IMG/VR virus record: IMGVR_UViG_3300034418_007203
Location: 1-36,263 of that record
DNA length: 36,263 bases
Source: a virus
Lineage: Duplodnaviria; Caudoviricetes
Direction: 5' to 3' (one strand)
Shown here in pieces: positions 9,715 to 19,406 of the stretch. Position 1 is the stretch's first letter; every line of letters starts with the position of its first letter. The translations under genes and the position numbers were made by a program. The notes beneath the pieces were generated by a model. That model saw only the letters and a program-made list of their open reading frames with translations. It did not search any database and was not told the DNA's origin.

Positions 9715-10892
9715 TACTTAAATGCTTTAAAAGTCTTGTTGGCTTCAGCTTTGTTTGCTGTTGCTTTTCCTTTACTCATGAGGTCCTTCAAAACCTTCTT
9801 GAGGAATCGTCGTTGTTTAGGGTTGAACACGAGTGTCTCATCACCAGTCATCTCTGCCTCTACGTTTCCGTTCTTGTCGTATACGTACTTAGGGTTTGTG
9901 CTGTGATCAAACTCACCCTTTAGCTTTACAGAGCCGCCCTGCTCCCTGTATACGCCTTGAAACAACCTAAAATCTGTTTCAGGCGTGTAGGGAAGAACGA
10001 TAGGTGCGTTTAGCCCTGGCTTTGTTGTAAATGCACTAAACGCATTTAAATCGTTTTCTAGCGCCATGGCTTCAAGGTCAGCAGGGTTTCTAAAATCTCT
10101 GAGGTATTCAGGGCTCATACCTACAGCAAGTGGGTTTTGACCAAATCCAGCTACACTGGAGCCCAAAGACCTACCAGTTATATCAGCCCCAAAAGCTGAA
10201 GCTTCAGAAAAGTTTACACCCCTAGCGTCTATAACGTCTTCGACTGTAATATCTTCAGGCTGATCTATATCTACGATCGCAGAATCATCAAGGGTCATCC
10301 CAGCAATATCGGGGCCTTGAGTGGTGGCTTCAACAGCTGACTTGGTTCCAGGTGAACCTCCAAGTCCATCCGCAGCTCCGATACCCGCAGCGGCAGCCCC
10401 TTGTAATCCAGATATCGCTGTTTCCATGCCCGCCTGATAACCCATCTGAGCTTCCAACAGCTTTCTAGTTCTCTCTGCTTGCTCTGCTGTAATGTTAGCA
10501 TCCATGGTTCTCTGCTGTGCAGCCGCAAGTTTACCGAGAGCTGCTTGCTCTCTCTGGAAGCCCCTCTGCGCTGCTTGAGCTACGGTCTCTCTCTGAATCT
10601 CGGCCTGAGCTTGAGTACCACCAAGCAAAGCCCTTGAACCAGCTCTCTCCAGGGCTGTTAGGTTTGCAGCTAGGGTTTCTCTAGACTCGCTGATTTCAGC
10701 CTCCATAGCTCTGTCTCTTTGAGCGTTCTGATACATGTCAAAATACTCTTGAGCGGTTTGGAAGCGCGGTAAACCCTTTCTTTCAATTTCTTCGAGTTGG
10801 TCGCTGGCCTTTCTGGCTTGCGAGGCACCGAACACAGCCCTCCCCAAGTCAATACCAGTCTTTGCTAAATAAGCTATTGTTAGTGGATCCAT
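9714..10892 (-). CDS. Putative DNA transfer/ejection (pilot-like) protein, 392 aa
   Basis: The N-terminus MDPLTIAYLAKTGIDLGRAVFGASQARKA and an Ala/Gln/Gly-rich coiled region resemble podovirus ejection proteins. It lies directly after the tail protein. Confidence 0.6.
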   Translation of the reverse strand: MDPLTIAYLAKTGIDLGRAVFGASQARKASDQLEEIERKGLPRFQTAQEYFDMYQNAQRDRAMEAEISESRETLAANLTALERAGSRALLGGTQAQAEIQRETVAQAAQRGFQREQAALGKLAAAQQRTMDANITAEQAERTRKLLEAQMGYQAGMETAISGLQGAAAAGIGAADGLGGSPGTKSAVEATTQGPDIAGMTLDDSAIVDIDQPEDITVEDVIDARGVNFSEASAFGADITGRSLGSSVAGFGQNPLAVGMSPEYLRDFRNPADLEAMALENDLNAFSAFTTKPGLNAPIVLPYTPETDFRLFQGVYREQGGSVKLKGEFDHSTNPKYVYDKNGNVEAEMTGDETLVFNPKQRRFLKKVLKDLMSKGKATANKAEANKTFKAFK

Positions 10893-13800
10893 TATTTCTT
10901 CTTATTGACTTTTTTAGGTAATCTAACCTCCTGACCGAGATTCGACCTCTGCGTGTTTAAATTAATGCCGTAAAGCTCCCACTTGCCATTAGTGTCCGCA
11001 TCATTCTGATTGGTAAGCTTGACCTTACAAAAGTAATCACGAAGTGGGTCTCCATTCGTGGCGGCATCTAGAACAATTTTTACAACGTCGTTAGCGGCAA
11101 CCGTGTGGGCAGCACTCAGCTTTAGCTTATTCCTACCAGAGACCTTGTTTACAGTCTTTGATGTGTTGGTCCCATTGACATACACAGAAGCCCCTTTCGG
11201 TATAGGCTGGAAGTTGATGTTGGACGCAAACGTGATTTCATCACCAGCACTGTTAGACAAGACCTTACCGAGAACAATCTGATTTGCATTGTCAGCACTC
11301 ACAGTTGTGTCCCTAGGTATCTCAGCGTACTTACCTCTTTCCTTCTCGTTAAAGTCGTCTTTAGTCAGAGAGGAGGATTGATCGCTTGTGCTGAAGCTAA
11401 CGTCGAAGTTGTCAGAAGTAGTTTCAAGACCTATGGCCTCGAATACCTTAACCATTGATGGTTCTTTGTTAGCAACTACTTCGATTATGCTGTCTTCTTG
11501 AGTACCGTAATAGTTAGCTCTCTGAATCGTGTCTATGATAACTCCCTCCCTGATTAGTTCATCAGCATGCGCCCAAAGAATGTCACTTGTATTGACGGCA
11601 TGCTTTGCCGAAATCAAGTTATCTCCTACTCTACCATAGCAATCTGGAACAAAGCTGTACTGAGATACCCATGACTTAAGGGAGTCCTGATAAGCCAAGG
11701 TAAAGCCATCAACATTTATTAAGCCTGAAGCCTTATCTGAGTAATAAGAATAATCACCCACCGTCAAGAGATATTGCCCGTAGTCAGGGTCCCAGCCCCC
11801 AACAATTCTTGGAAACACGCCGTCTGGAGCTGTACCACCAGCGTCATACAAAGACCTCTGAACCTTGTCCAGCTCCCCAACCAAGAAGCTGTCTATTGTC
11901 TTGGAGGAGATGTCTGTAAGCCCGTCGTTCGACAGCCTAAACACCTTTCTTGCATTGACATCCAAGAAGAATACCTTTCCTTCAGCGCTAACCACAGACC
12001 CTTTATTGCCAGAAGAACCGTAATCCCCCATGTAGTATCCAGGCTCTCCCATTACGTTTTTAGAAATGGTCACGTTTTGACTACCGTCGGTATAGTTCAC
12101 CACATTCTTACCAATGGGTATTTTGCAAACCTTAGAATCCTGAAGGCAGAATATATGTCCTCCTCCATCAATAAGTTTGTCAATTAGCCCATACCTAAAC
12201 GACAAATCCATGTAGTTTGCAAGACTGAGGTTAAAATCAGACAGCCTAAGAACAGGCGAATCACTATTAAATCTGTCGCTATATGTAATAGAGTGTCTTC
12301 TCTTGTTGGTTGCTGCATCTTTGTTTACCGCTATGCTTCTGCCAAAGAAATTAGCTGGAGAGCTGTAGTAATGAGAGGCGTCTTGGCTTTCTATGAATTG
12401 ATTTTCATAGTCGTAGCCATTTAGGAACCTGGCTTTAAATCTAGCATCTATGTCCAGGTTGCTGTGGGTGTCATCAATGATATGAGTTGCATCATACTCC
12501 GAAACTCTTATCGGTGTGTTTTTGTACCACACGTCTCCACCCCCAAGGTTTACTATACTATTTCCGCTGGTTGGGATTTCATCAACTGAAAATGTCTTGT
12601 TGATCTCTCTATATACCTTTTTCGATGGTGCCTTTATTTTAGGGGTGTATATCTCTACAACTACGTGTCTAGACCAGTTGATAATTGGGTGGAAGTGCGC
12701 ACTATCCGCAGTGTGGCCTGGAGACGAACCAGAGTCATATTCATCCCCAGGAACAACGTGGGCTACACCGCCATTGCTGTTTGTAGCTCTGTCCGCAGCC
12801 CCCCACCCAGCGTGACCTGGGTCTTCTAGCACCAAGAAGTGACCCTTACACGGTGCGTAGTTACCCCTAATCAACGGGTTTCTAAGGGAGATAGGATGCG
12901 TTCTAAGCCGTTTATATTCGTTAATCCTAAGTTCTTCAATGAGCTCGTTAATTGCTTCTGATTGATCCTCTGACCCCCCTATAAACGAATTAGGATCTTC
13001 TTCCCCTCCTGTTATCCTGTTTAAAGCATTCATAACAAAATCACCAAACCCCGACCTTTCGCCCTCTTCAATTTCTCTGATTTCCGCCCTCAAGGACTCA
13101 GCGGTCTCATCTGCAATGTCCTCCCTCAAATGCCTAAAGTCAACAACCTTAAATTCAAGATTGTCTGGGTAAACATAGTTTCCAGAATCATCCTTGTACT
13201 TAAGAATTCTGAGTACGTCGCCTTGCTTAAACTTGTAGTTGTAGTCAACCCCTTTGTCGCCTACGTATGAGACACGGGATCCAGACCACGATTTTAAGGA
13301 GACGTATATTCTGTTGTCGTGCTCCTCTCCTTGTGTTTCGCTGTAGCTAGCGTCATAATAGTAAGAAGAGAAACCGTCCGCAACAGAGTATTGTTTAAAG
13401 TCAAGGATGTCTTGATTTCCTCCGTAAACAATACCAAAGTCTGTAGCCCAACTAGGGTGTGTTAAGCCTTTCAAATTGAGCTTAATCTCTGCCCTGCCCC
13501 TCTTCTCTCGCTCGCTGATATGCTTGACGTAAACAGAACCGAGTTCGTTTACAAATCCGTTTCTACCTCTTTCGTCATAGTAGACAATACCAAAATCATG
13601 ATTTACCCCAGCCTTCCACGTTTTACTTCTCTCTAAGTCGCCAGAGAAAAGACTTTTATTTGAGTTGCCTAATTCGTAATCGTCATTTGAGTTAGATATA
13701 GTATCGACGTAATCAGCCATAGTGTCGTCAACCCCTCCAGAGTTGTTAAGGTTGTACGATTGAGAGGCTAAATCGTAATCTACGTATTGGCCCAGGCTCG

Positions 13801-15553
13801 ATTTATACCACAGAACATCACCAAGGTCTTGTCCGACTACTACATTTGTCACATATGGCCTAATCGGAATAGATGAAGACGGAGTGTGATAACTACCTAC
13901 TGTAAACCCTAATGAAATAGTAGCTTTTTTAATTTTAATTGAGTCAGAAACTGGAGAAACAGCAGGTGTTTCATCTCCAGAAACTGGCGGATTGGAGTCG
14001 TTGTAATCGAATCGCAGTCCGTAACTTTGTTGCCCCGAATTAAACCTAATGTTATTCAACATAGACACAACAGCCTGCGGTGTGCTTATACTTGACTGGG
14101 TAACCTCGTAAGAGGTCTTTATTTTGAATACCTTCGAGTTGAATCTCAACGCCGTATCTGAAGTGCCGCCTAGGTCTAAGTCTGGATCAGAACCGCCTAT
14201 TAAATTAAGAAGATAGTCTATGGGTTGCGGTGTGGCAGTACCCACAATTGGATCGTCAAGGTAGACGGACCATTGCCCGTTAGTATCTATAGAGAAATCA
14301 AGGCTAAGTGACTCACCCTTGTATAACGTTTGAGGACAGTTAGAAAAGTCTAAAATAATATCATAATCCCCAGGGGCGGAAAGGTTTTTATTAGTTACGT
14401 TAATCCTGTAATCAAGAGTCTTTACATCACTATACTCTACTAAAAAGTTAGCGTTTGTAGAATGATTAGGATAACCTTCTTCGTAACCACCATAGAACAG
14501 CCTACCGTTAGATATGGTTTGAGCGTTTGACTTTTGTGGTACGTTGTCGAACATCTTAAAAGCGTCGATCTCAGCCATTGCTGGATAAGCCTGTGAGTTG
14601 TAAAAATGAAATACACCTACGGCTGGAGAAGTTCCCCCTTCGTCATAATCCCAGAAATCTCTACCATCAACCTGAGATGCAGGTTTGTTGCTAGAAAAAG
14701 AGAAGTTCCCAGCTTTGTAAAACACCCCAGACTCTAAATCTCTGAAGATGATGTTTACGCTATCTACCTCTTGTCCGCCATGAGGGACTTCAACTTTGAT
14801 TACGTTTTCTGAATGGATAGGTTTCCCGTCGTCGTAAACTGTATTTAACAGATAGTCTGGAACCACTGGATTAGAGTGGTTTGATAAAGCACTTTCCTCG
14901 CCGTCCTTGTAAACATACTGATAAGCGAAAGAAAAGCTTTTCCCGTATATGCTGTTTTTGTCTGTGTGGTCATCTGTAGCGCTGTAAACAACTATCTCTT
15001 CTCTTGGGGCTGTCTTACAAACGCTAAAGAATTCTCTTATGTCGTCATTCGAGTAGCTGTCTAAGATTCCGCTCAAAGCCCTATCTACGTTAATCTTTCG
15101 AGGCTCATTTACCCCGTCAGTAAAGTAGATAATCGTCTGAACGGTTCCTGCTTGATTGGTATCAACCCTTAAGATGTCTGCGTCTACATAACTGTCTACT
15201 TGCAGGTCAAGTATGTTAGTCACCTCGCTGTATACTTCTTCATATTCGGGTGACTCTCTATTGTAGTTACATCGCAGAATTGCGCTTCCGCCAGTACCTG
15301 GATGAGCCACGAAAAAGTAAACGTAGTCTGTATCTAAATCAGTTACGCTCCCTATTACTTTTCGTTGCCTGTGTGCGGCGGGAAGAGTACCGCTAATAGG
15401 TACATTGCCTTTCGCCGTCTTAAGAACAAACCCATTGCCGTCTTCATCTGTAGATACCGTCACATTCAATGCGTCGGTCATCTCAGTTGATTTTACAGCT
15501 CTTTCATCCGAAGATTTGTTCAGGGTAAATGGTATAATCTTGTCTATCGCCAT
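10892..15553 (-). CDS. Large tail protein (tail stabilisation/nozzle-muzzle type, P22 gp10/crAss muzzle-like), 1553 aa
   Basis: N-terminal LNKSSDER..DALNV..GN, YFTDGVNEPRKIN, FAYQYVYKDGEESALS, RLFYGGYEEG, FGIVYYDERGR, and C-terminal YMGDYG, GGWDP, WVSQYSFVP, VKVFEAI and LRDYF. This motif set is typical of crAss-like/Flavobacteria phage tail stabilisation proteins. It sits after the ring proteins. Confidence 0.75.
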   Translation of the reverse strand: MAIDKIIPFTLNKSSDERAVKSTEMTDALNVTVSTDEDGNGFVLKTAKGNVPISGTLPAAHRQRKVIGSVTDLDTDYVYFFVAHPGTGGSAILRCNYNRESPEYEEVYSEVTNILDLQVDSYVDADILRVDTNQAGTVQTIIYFTDGVNEPRKINVDRALSGILDSYSNDDIREFFSVCKTAPREEIVVYSATDDHTDKNSIYGKSFSFAYQYVYKDGEESALSNHSNPVVPDYLLNTVYDDGKPIHSENVIKVEVPHGGQEVDSVNIIFRDLESGVFYKAGNFSFSSNKPASQVDGRDFWDYDEGGTSPAVGVFHFYNSQAYPAMAEIDAFKMFDNVPQKSNAQTISNGRLFYGGYEEGYPNHSTNANFLVEYSDVKTLDYRINVTNKNLSAPGDYDIILDFSNCPQTLYKGESLSLDFSIDTNGQWSVYLDDPIVGTATPQPIDYLLNLIGGSDPDLDLGGTSDTALRFNSKVFKIKTSYEVTQSSISTPQAVVSMLNNIRFNSGQQSYGLRFDYNDSNPPVSGDETPAVSPVSDSIKIKKATISLGFTVGSYHTPSSSIPIRPYVTNVVVGQDLGDVLWYKSSLGQYVDYDLASQSYNLNNSGGVDDTMADYVDTISNSNDDYELGNSNKSLFSGDLERSKTWKAGVNHDFGIVYYDERGRNGFVNELGSVYVKHISEREKRGRAEIKLNLKGLTHPSWATDFGIVYGGNQDILDFKQYSVADGFSSYYYDASYSETQGEEHDNRIYVSLKSWSGSRVSYVGDKGVDYNYKFKQGDVLRILKYKDDSGNYVYPDNLEFKVVDFRHLREDIADETAESLRAEIREIEEGERSGFGDFVMNALNRITGGEEDPNSFIGGSEDQSEAINELIEELRINEYKRLRTHPISLRNPLIRGNYAPCKGHFLVLEDPGHAGWGAADRATNSNGGVAHVVPGDEYDSGSSPGHTADSAHFHPIINWSRHVVVEIYTPKIKAPSKKVYREINKTFSVDEIPTSGNSIVNLGGGDVWYKNTPIRVSEYDATHIIDDTHSNLDIDARFKARFLNGYDYENQFIESQDASHYYSSPANFFGRSIAVNKDAATNKRRHSITYSDRFNSDSPVLRLSDFNLSLANYMDLSFRYGLIDKLIDGGGHIFCLQDSKVCKIPIGKNVVNYTDGSQNVTISKNVMGEPGYYMGDYGSSGNKGSVVSAEGKVFFLDVNARKVFRLSNDGLTDISSKTIDSFLVGELDKVQRSLYDAGGTAPDGVFPRIVGGWDPDYGQYLLTVGDYSYYSDKASGLINVDGFTLAYQDSLKSWVSQYSFVPDCYGRVGDNLISAKHAVNTSDILWAHADELIREGVIIDTIQRANYYGTQEDSIIEVVANKEPSMVKVFEAIGLETTSDNFDVSFSTSDQSSSLTKDDFNEKERGKYAEIPRDTTVSADNANQIVLGKVLSNSAGDEITFASNINFQPIPKGASVYVNGTNTSKTVNKVSGRNKLKLSAAHTVAANDVVKIVLDAATNGDPLRDYFCKVKLTNQNDADTNGKWELYGINLNTQRSNLGQEVRLPKKVNKKK

Positions 15554-16326
15554 TATCCTTTAGGGCTTTGCTTGTAATTCTTACGAATAGTCTTAAGAGC
15601 TTCTTCTTTAGAGAATGATTTCAGTCTTGCGTTGGCCTTTCTGAGTTCGTTGTAGTACTCTCGTCTTGCACGAGCCTTTTCGTTGGCAGGCACAGAAGAC
15701 TTGCGCTCCACTAGCTTGTGGTAGATGTACGATCTAAGCGCTTCTTCGGCCTGAATATCGATAGACGGATTAGTAGACCTGGCTTCGTCGGCTACATACT
15801 CAAGCACCACTTCACTGTACCTTGAGTCTACTTCGATTCTGTTCTGGTCGAGGTTAAGTCTGTACTGACCAGCGTAGCGTCCACCGCCATAGCCGTAAAG
15901 CTGTCCGTCGTTGCCTGCAAACGTATAGTTTCTGAACACATAGCTGTTTAAGCCGTCATCTACATTTCCGCCGATGTCAGCATTACTGGTCTTGGAGTCC
16001 ACGAGATTACCATTACTATCCTCCTTCATGGAGTAGTTGATATTCTTGTTTTCTCCGAATACATAGATAAGGTTGTCTGTACCGATCACACCAATCTTAA
16101 CAGCCTTGACGAAATCAGAAGGAAGAGCAACGGTGTTGTTTGTTGAGTCAACAGGAAGCTTGATGGACTTTATTCTGTTCAAGAGGTCGAACCCCATCTC
16201 ACGAATGCCCCTCAACGCAAAAGCTCGCAACACAGTGTCTTCTACGTCATTCACGTAGTCGTCATGGCCCAGCGTGATAACGAAGTCGTTTACTACTTGA
16301 TTTACTGATACTGTATTCCTAGCCAT
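15553..16326 (-). CDS. Virion structural protein, probable head-tail connector/ring (tail tubular-like) protein, 257 aa
   Basis: The LPSDFVKAVKIG motif and AEEALRSYIYH...ARARREYYNELRKANARL are typical of ring/adaptor proteins in this phage group. It is coupled by TAATG overlaps on both sides. Confidence 0.65.
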   Translation of the reverse strand: MARNTVSVNQVVNDFVITLGHDDYVNDVEDTVLRAFALRGIREMGFDLLNRIKSIKLPVDSTNNTVALPSDFVKAVKIGVIGTDNLIYVFGENKNINYSMKEDSNGNLVDSKTSNADIGGNVDDGLNSYVFRNYTFAGNDGQLYGYGGGRYAGQYRLNLDQNRIEVDSRYSEVVLEYVADEARSTNPSIDIQAEEALRSYIYHKLVERKSSVPANEKARARREYYNELRKANARLKSFSKEEALKTIRKNYKQSPKG

Positions 16327-17057
16327 TACTTCTTAACTTTTGGTAGCTCCTCTTTCATGGAGTAATTCACGATATCAGCGTCTCTCAAGTTCAACCCAAT
16401 CATCTTTGCAATCTCCATAGCTAGCTCAGCTTCGTAGTGAGCTGGCAGCTCGAAGTGCTGATCTTCTGGAACTCCAGTACCAGGGCTTTCATCGAGCGAG
16501 GGTCTTGCTGTGCTGGCGCTATATGTGGCATCATCATTTCTCGACTCTGGAATCTTGTAATACCTAACCGAGATCTTGTTGATTTGACTTGGGAATACCT
16601 CAATGTCTGAAGAAACCAAAGCTACTGGAGAAGATTCAGAAGGAGCAGAGATGTCGCTCAACAGGATGCGTTCAATCTTATCTTCGTCATAACATACGTC
16701 AATCACCGTTCTGGTAGACTGTCCCAGCAAAACGCTTCCGAAGGTGGTCATGCTGATGATTCTAGAAAGGTCCACTGGCTTAGCAAACACGCCATTAGAC
16801 TTATTGATATTGCCTCTCTTTGCAAATACAGACAAATCCTCTTCGACCTGCTTGATTCTAGACTTATCTCTTTTAGCAGAGATCCCCTGTCTGCTTGACC
16901 GTCGAGCCTGCTCCAACTCCCTAAACAAAGAGTTGTAGATGTTTAGCTGAGCCTGGTAAGCAAACTGATTGAATATTTGTGGCGTAACAAAACCCCGCTG
17001 ATCCTTATTAGCCAGATTCTTTAAAGTGTTGTATACGCTGCGAATGTTAGCAAACAT
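16326..17057 (-). CDS. Virion structural protein, probable head-tail adaptor/ring protein, 243 aa
   Basis: The N-terminal VYNTLKNLANKDQRGFVTPQIFNQFAYQAQLNI and C-terminal FELPAHYEAEL..EI..MIG patterns resemble crAss-like ring proteins. It lies downstream of the MCP. Confidence 0.65.
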   Translation of the reverse strand: MFANIRSVYNTLKNLANKDQRGFVTPQIFNQFAYQAQLNIYNSLFRELEQARRSSRQGISAKRDKSRIKQVEEDLSVFAKRGNINKSNGVFAKPVDLSRIISMTTFGSVLLGQSTRTVIDVCYDEDKIERILLSDISAPSESSPVALVSSDIEVFPSQINKISVRYYKIPESRNDDATYSASTARPSLDESPGTGVPEDQHFELPAHYEAELAMEIAKMIGLNLRDADIVNYSMKEELPKVKK

Positions 17058-17060
17058 GAA

Positions 17061-17069
17061 GCAAATATA
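17061..17069 (-). promoter_or_regulatory. Bacteroidota-type -7 promoter element (TATATTTGC), 3 nt before the ATG at 17057
   Basis: Minus strand reads ...TTTTTCG-TATATTTGC-TTC-ATG, immediately after a terminator. Confidence 0.75.
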
Positions 17070-17071
17070 CG

Positions 17072-17101
17072 AAAAAGAAAAAGCCCCCTTTCGGAGGCCT
17101 T
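17072..17101 (-). terminator. Rho-independent terminator after gene 17123..17905
   Basis: Minus strand AAGGCCTCC-GAAA-GGGGGCTT followed by TTTCTTTTT: a GC-rich stem with G-U pairs, a GNRA loop and a U tract. Confidence 0.85.
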
Positions 17102-17122
17102 CTCAGCAGTATATATGTAGAA

Positions 17123-17905
17123 TTAGTCCAGCTGACGCTCAATCTCAGCGACGACGGGGGCAGCCGCTTCTGTCATGCAGTAACGCACGAATACGTCAAC
17201 TGGGTTCTGTCCCACTGGGACTGATATAATATGCTTGTTGGTGTCGAACCACTTGATAGCGTCTCGCTCTGCCTTAATAATCTGATAAGAGATTGCTTGG
17301 CGAATCTTAGACTTCATGGTTACGACAGGGTTGTCAAACGACTCAATGAATGTCTTAGGAGACTTCTTGGCCTTTAGAAGCAAGTCATGCTTTACCTCTG
17401 CAATAGGTCGGTCCACATCCATTCCGTATGCCAGAGCTACAGCCAAGAGCTCGTCGAGCTCCTTTGTTCGGAGCATGTTAATCGCGTCGTTTACCAAGAA
17501 CTCTGTATCTAGATCGTTCTCAACTTTCTTGGCAGTGTCTACCAGGTAGAAAGTCCCACCTCCATTCGCCTTGTTTTCTGGATGCGCATTCAAATAAGCA
17601 AGAAGGTTTGGCTTTTCTGGACCAACCAAGAGGTTACCCATAGTGAATATGACTGGACTCTTTACTGAGTGTTCAGCTTGCTCATCCCTAAAGATAGAGT
17701 TCTCGTTTTCACAGTATCTGATTTCTCTAACCTTTCCAGAGTCCTTATCAAAGACTGTGATTCCGCTTTGCATCAACATTAAAACAGCCTTAGACCGAAC
17801 AGCCTTAAACTGATAAATGCCGTTGTTTTTTTCAGATCTGCGAATTTTCTGCTTTTGCTGGGTTTTTTTGGGGCGCCCAGGAGCCCGCTTTGTGCTTGTA
17901 GTCAT
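17123..17905 (-). CDS. Hypothetical protein downstream of the MCP (260 aa); basic N-terminus with AT-hook-like KRAPGRPKK
   Basis: Clean ORF between two terminators. Contains EIRYCENENSIFRDEQ and a helical C-terminal half. Its position suggests a capsid-associated protein. Confidence 0.7.
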   Translation of the reverse strand: MTTSTKRAPGRPKKTQQKQKIRRSEKNNGIYQFKAVRSKAVLMLMQSGITVFDKDSGKVREIRYCENENSIFRDEQAEHSVKSPVIFTMGNLLVGPEKPNLLAYLNAHPENKANGGGTFYLVDTAKKVENDLDTEFLVNDAINMLRTKELDELLAVALAYGMDVDRPIAEVKHDLLLKAKKSPKTFIESFDNPVVTMKSKIRQAISYQIIKAERDAIKWFDTNKHIISVPVGQNPVDVFVRYCMTEAAAPVVAEIERQLD

Positions 17906-17931
17906 AGTAAAATAAAATTGAAATTCAAGAG

Positions 17932-17963
17932 AAGTAAAAGAGAGGGGGCGTATTCCCCCTCTC
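17932..17963 (-). terminator. Rho-independent terminator/attenuator after the major capsid gene
   Basis: Minus strand GAGAGGGGG-AATACG-CCCCCTCTC-TTTTACTT: a perfect 9-bp stem starting about 15 nt after the MCP stop, with a short U tract. Confidence 0.8.
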
Positions 17964-17978
17964 GATTACCTATATGTA

Positions 17979-19385
17979 TTATCCCTGCAACAATACGTGC
18001 TGATTAGCAGCACGAGTTACGAGGTTGCACTCAGAGCGGTAGTTGAACTTAACGGTATCCTTACCGCTAGTTACGTGTCCGAGGACACCACCACCTTCTA
18101 CCCAGTGCTCCATCTCGCGAGAGTAGTTGCCAGCAGCCTTGTAGTTCATCTCCAAAGCAGGAGACTTAACACCTGTGTTAGCGTCAGCAACCTGAGACAT
18201 TGGAATCATAGCTCCAGTAGGTCCGCCGATACCACCCAGTGTTGGGTCATTCAACAACTTCCAGTCGTGCTTGTGGAAAGTGTAGCCACCACGAGTAAAC
18301 GACTTAAATCCGAGGCTAACAGCCAAGTCCTGAGAGTTGTTAAACGCACCAAACTGAGAAGCAAGACCTGCAGTAATAGAGTTTCCACCTGCTACTGGGC
18401 CTCTAGCCAACAAGTCGTCAATCTTCAAAGACTGAGCTCTGTTCAAGTACATAGCGTACTCGTTAGGAGCACCTTCTTTGTCGAGCTCAAGGATGATGTT
18501 ATCGAAATCACCATCAAATCCCGCTGGAGACCCAGCGACAGTGATACCTCTCTTCTCAACAGCCTCGAAGTAACCCTCAGAAGGAACGATTTTGTCAGAA
18601 CCTACAGTAACGGCATTACCGTCGTTAGCCTCAGAGTACAACAACATCATCTCTCTTTCGTTCATGAAGCGCTTACGAGCGTCCATCTCGTTCTTCAAGT
18701 ACCACATGTACTGACCGTTCACATTCAACCAGCCGATGTTAGTAGCTTGAGAGCCGCTTACTTCGTACATCTCCTTAACGATGATGTATGGGTTGGATCG
18801 CTTGATCAAGCCAGTCTGGTAGAAAGCTGTTGGCTGCTCTGTGCCTTGAGCATGCATATTACCAATGATAGCAAAAGTAACAGTGCCGAAGGTTCCAGTT
18901 GTACCAGGAGTGCCTTCATCAGCAGAAGAGTCAGTTTTGCCGAGGTCGGTAACGGTCAGTGCAGTTCGCTCTGTCGTCGTAGCTCCGTCACCATCAGTCG
19001 AAACAGCAGTAACCAAAAGTCTATGACCAGCTGGAGACAAAAGAACGTCATTTACACGAGCCGTAGGAGCACCTCCTTCTACGTCAGAAGCGTGGAGATA
19101 AATCTTGTCGTCGCCTTCGTCATACTGACCAACAACAGTCTTGTGCAGACGGCCTTCTTCGTACCACTCAACTTTGTCAGAGGTACCTGCATTCTTCTTG
19201 GCGCCAGTAAGTTCCAAGAAGCCAGTGATGCCCTGATCACCATAAGTTTGTACATAAAGATCTCTTACGTCGGGCTTCGTAGGATCAATCAAAGTTGCCA
19301 GAGAAATATAGTTCTGTGGCGTTGCCTGCAAACCACCGCCTGTTACAGCTGCGTCTGCTACATTGCTAGGCGTTCCAAATGCCAT
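17979..19385 (-). CDS. Major capsid protein (468 aa)
   Basis: Position after a scaffold-like gene and before a terminator, with strongly biased codon usage. Motifs YGDQGITGFL, WYEEGRLH, YEVSGSQATNIGW, WYLKNE..RKRF..EREM, LGFKSFTRGGYTFHKHDWKLLND and SEC.L...AAN are characteristic of MCPs of crAss-like/Flavobacteria phages. Confidence 0.88.
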   Translation of the reverse strand: MAFGTPSNVADAAVTGGGLQATPQNYISLATLIDPTKPDVRDLYVQTYGDQGITGFLELTGAKKNAGTSDKVEWYEEGRLHKTVVGQYDEGDDKIYLHASDVEGGAPTARVNDVLLSPAGHRLLVTAVSTDGDGATTTERTALTVTDLGKTDSSADEGTPGTTGTFGTVTFAIIGNMHAQGTEQPTAFYQTGLIKRSNPYIIVKEMYEVSGSQATNIGWLNVNGQYMWYLKNEMDARKRFMNEREMMLLYSEANDGNAVTVGSDKIVPSEGYFEAVEKRGITVAGSPAGFDGDFDNIILELDKEGAPNEYAMYLNRAQSLKIDDLLARGPVAGGNSITAGLASQFGAFNNSQDLAVSLGFKSFTRGGYTFHKHDWKLLNDPTLGGIGGPTGAMIPMSQVADANTGVKSPALEMNYKAAGNYSREMEHWVEGGGVLGHVTSGKDTVKFNYRSECNLVTRAANQHVLLQG

Positions 19386-19406
19386 AATTTCTTATTTTTT
19401 AAAAGT

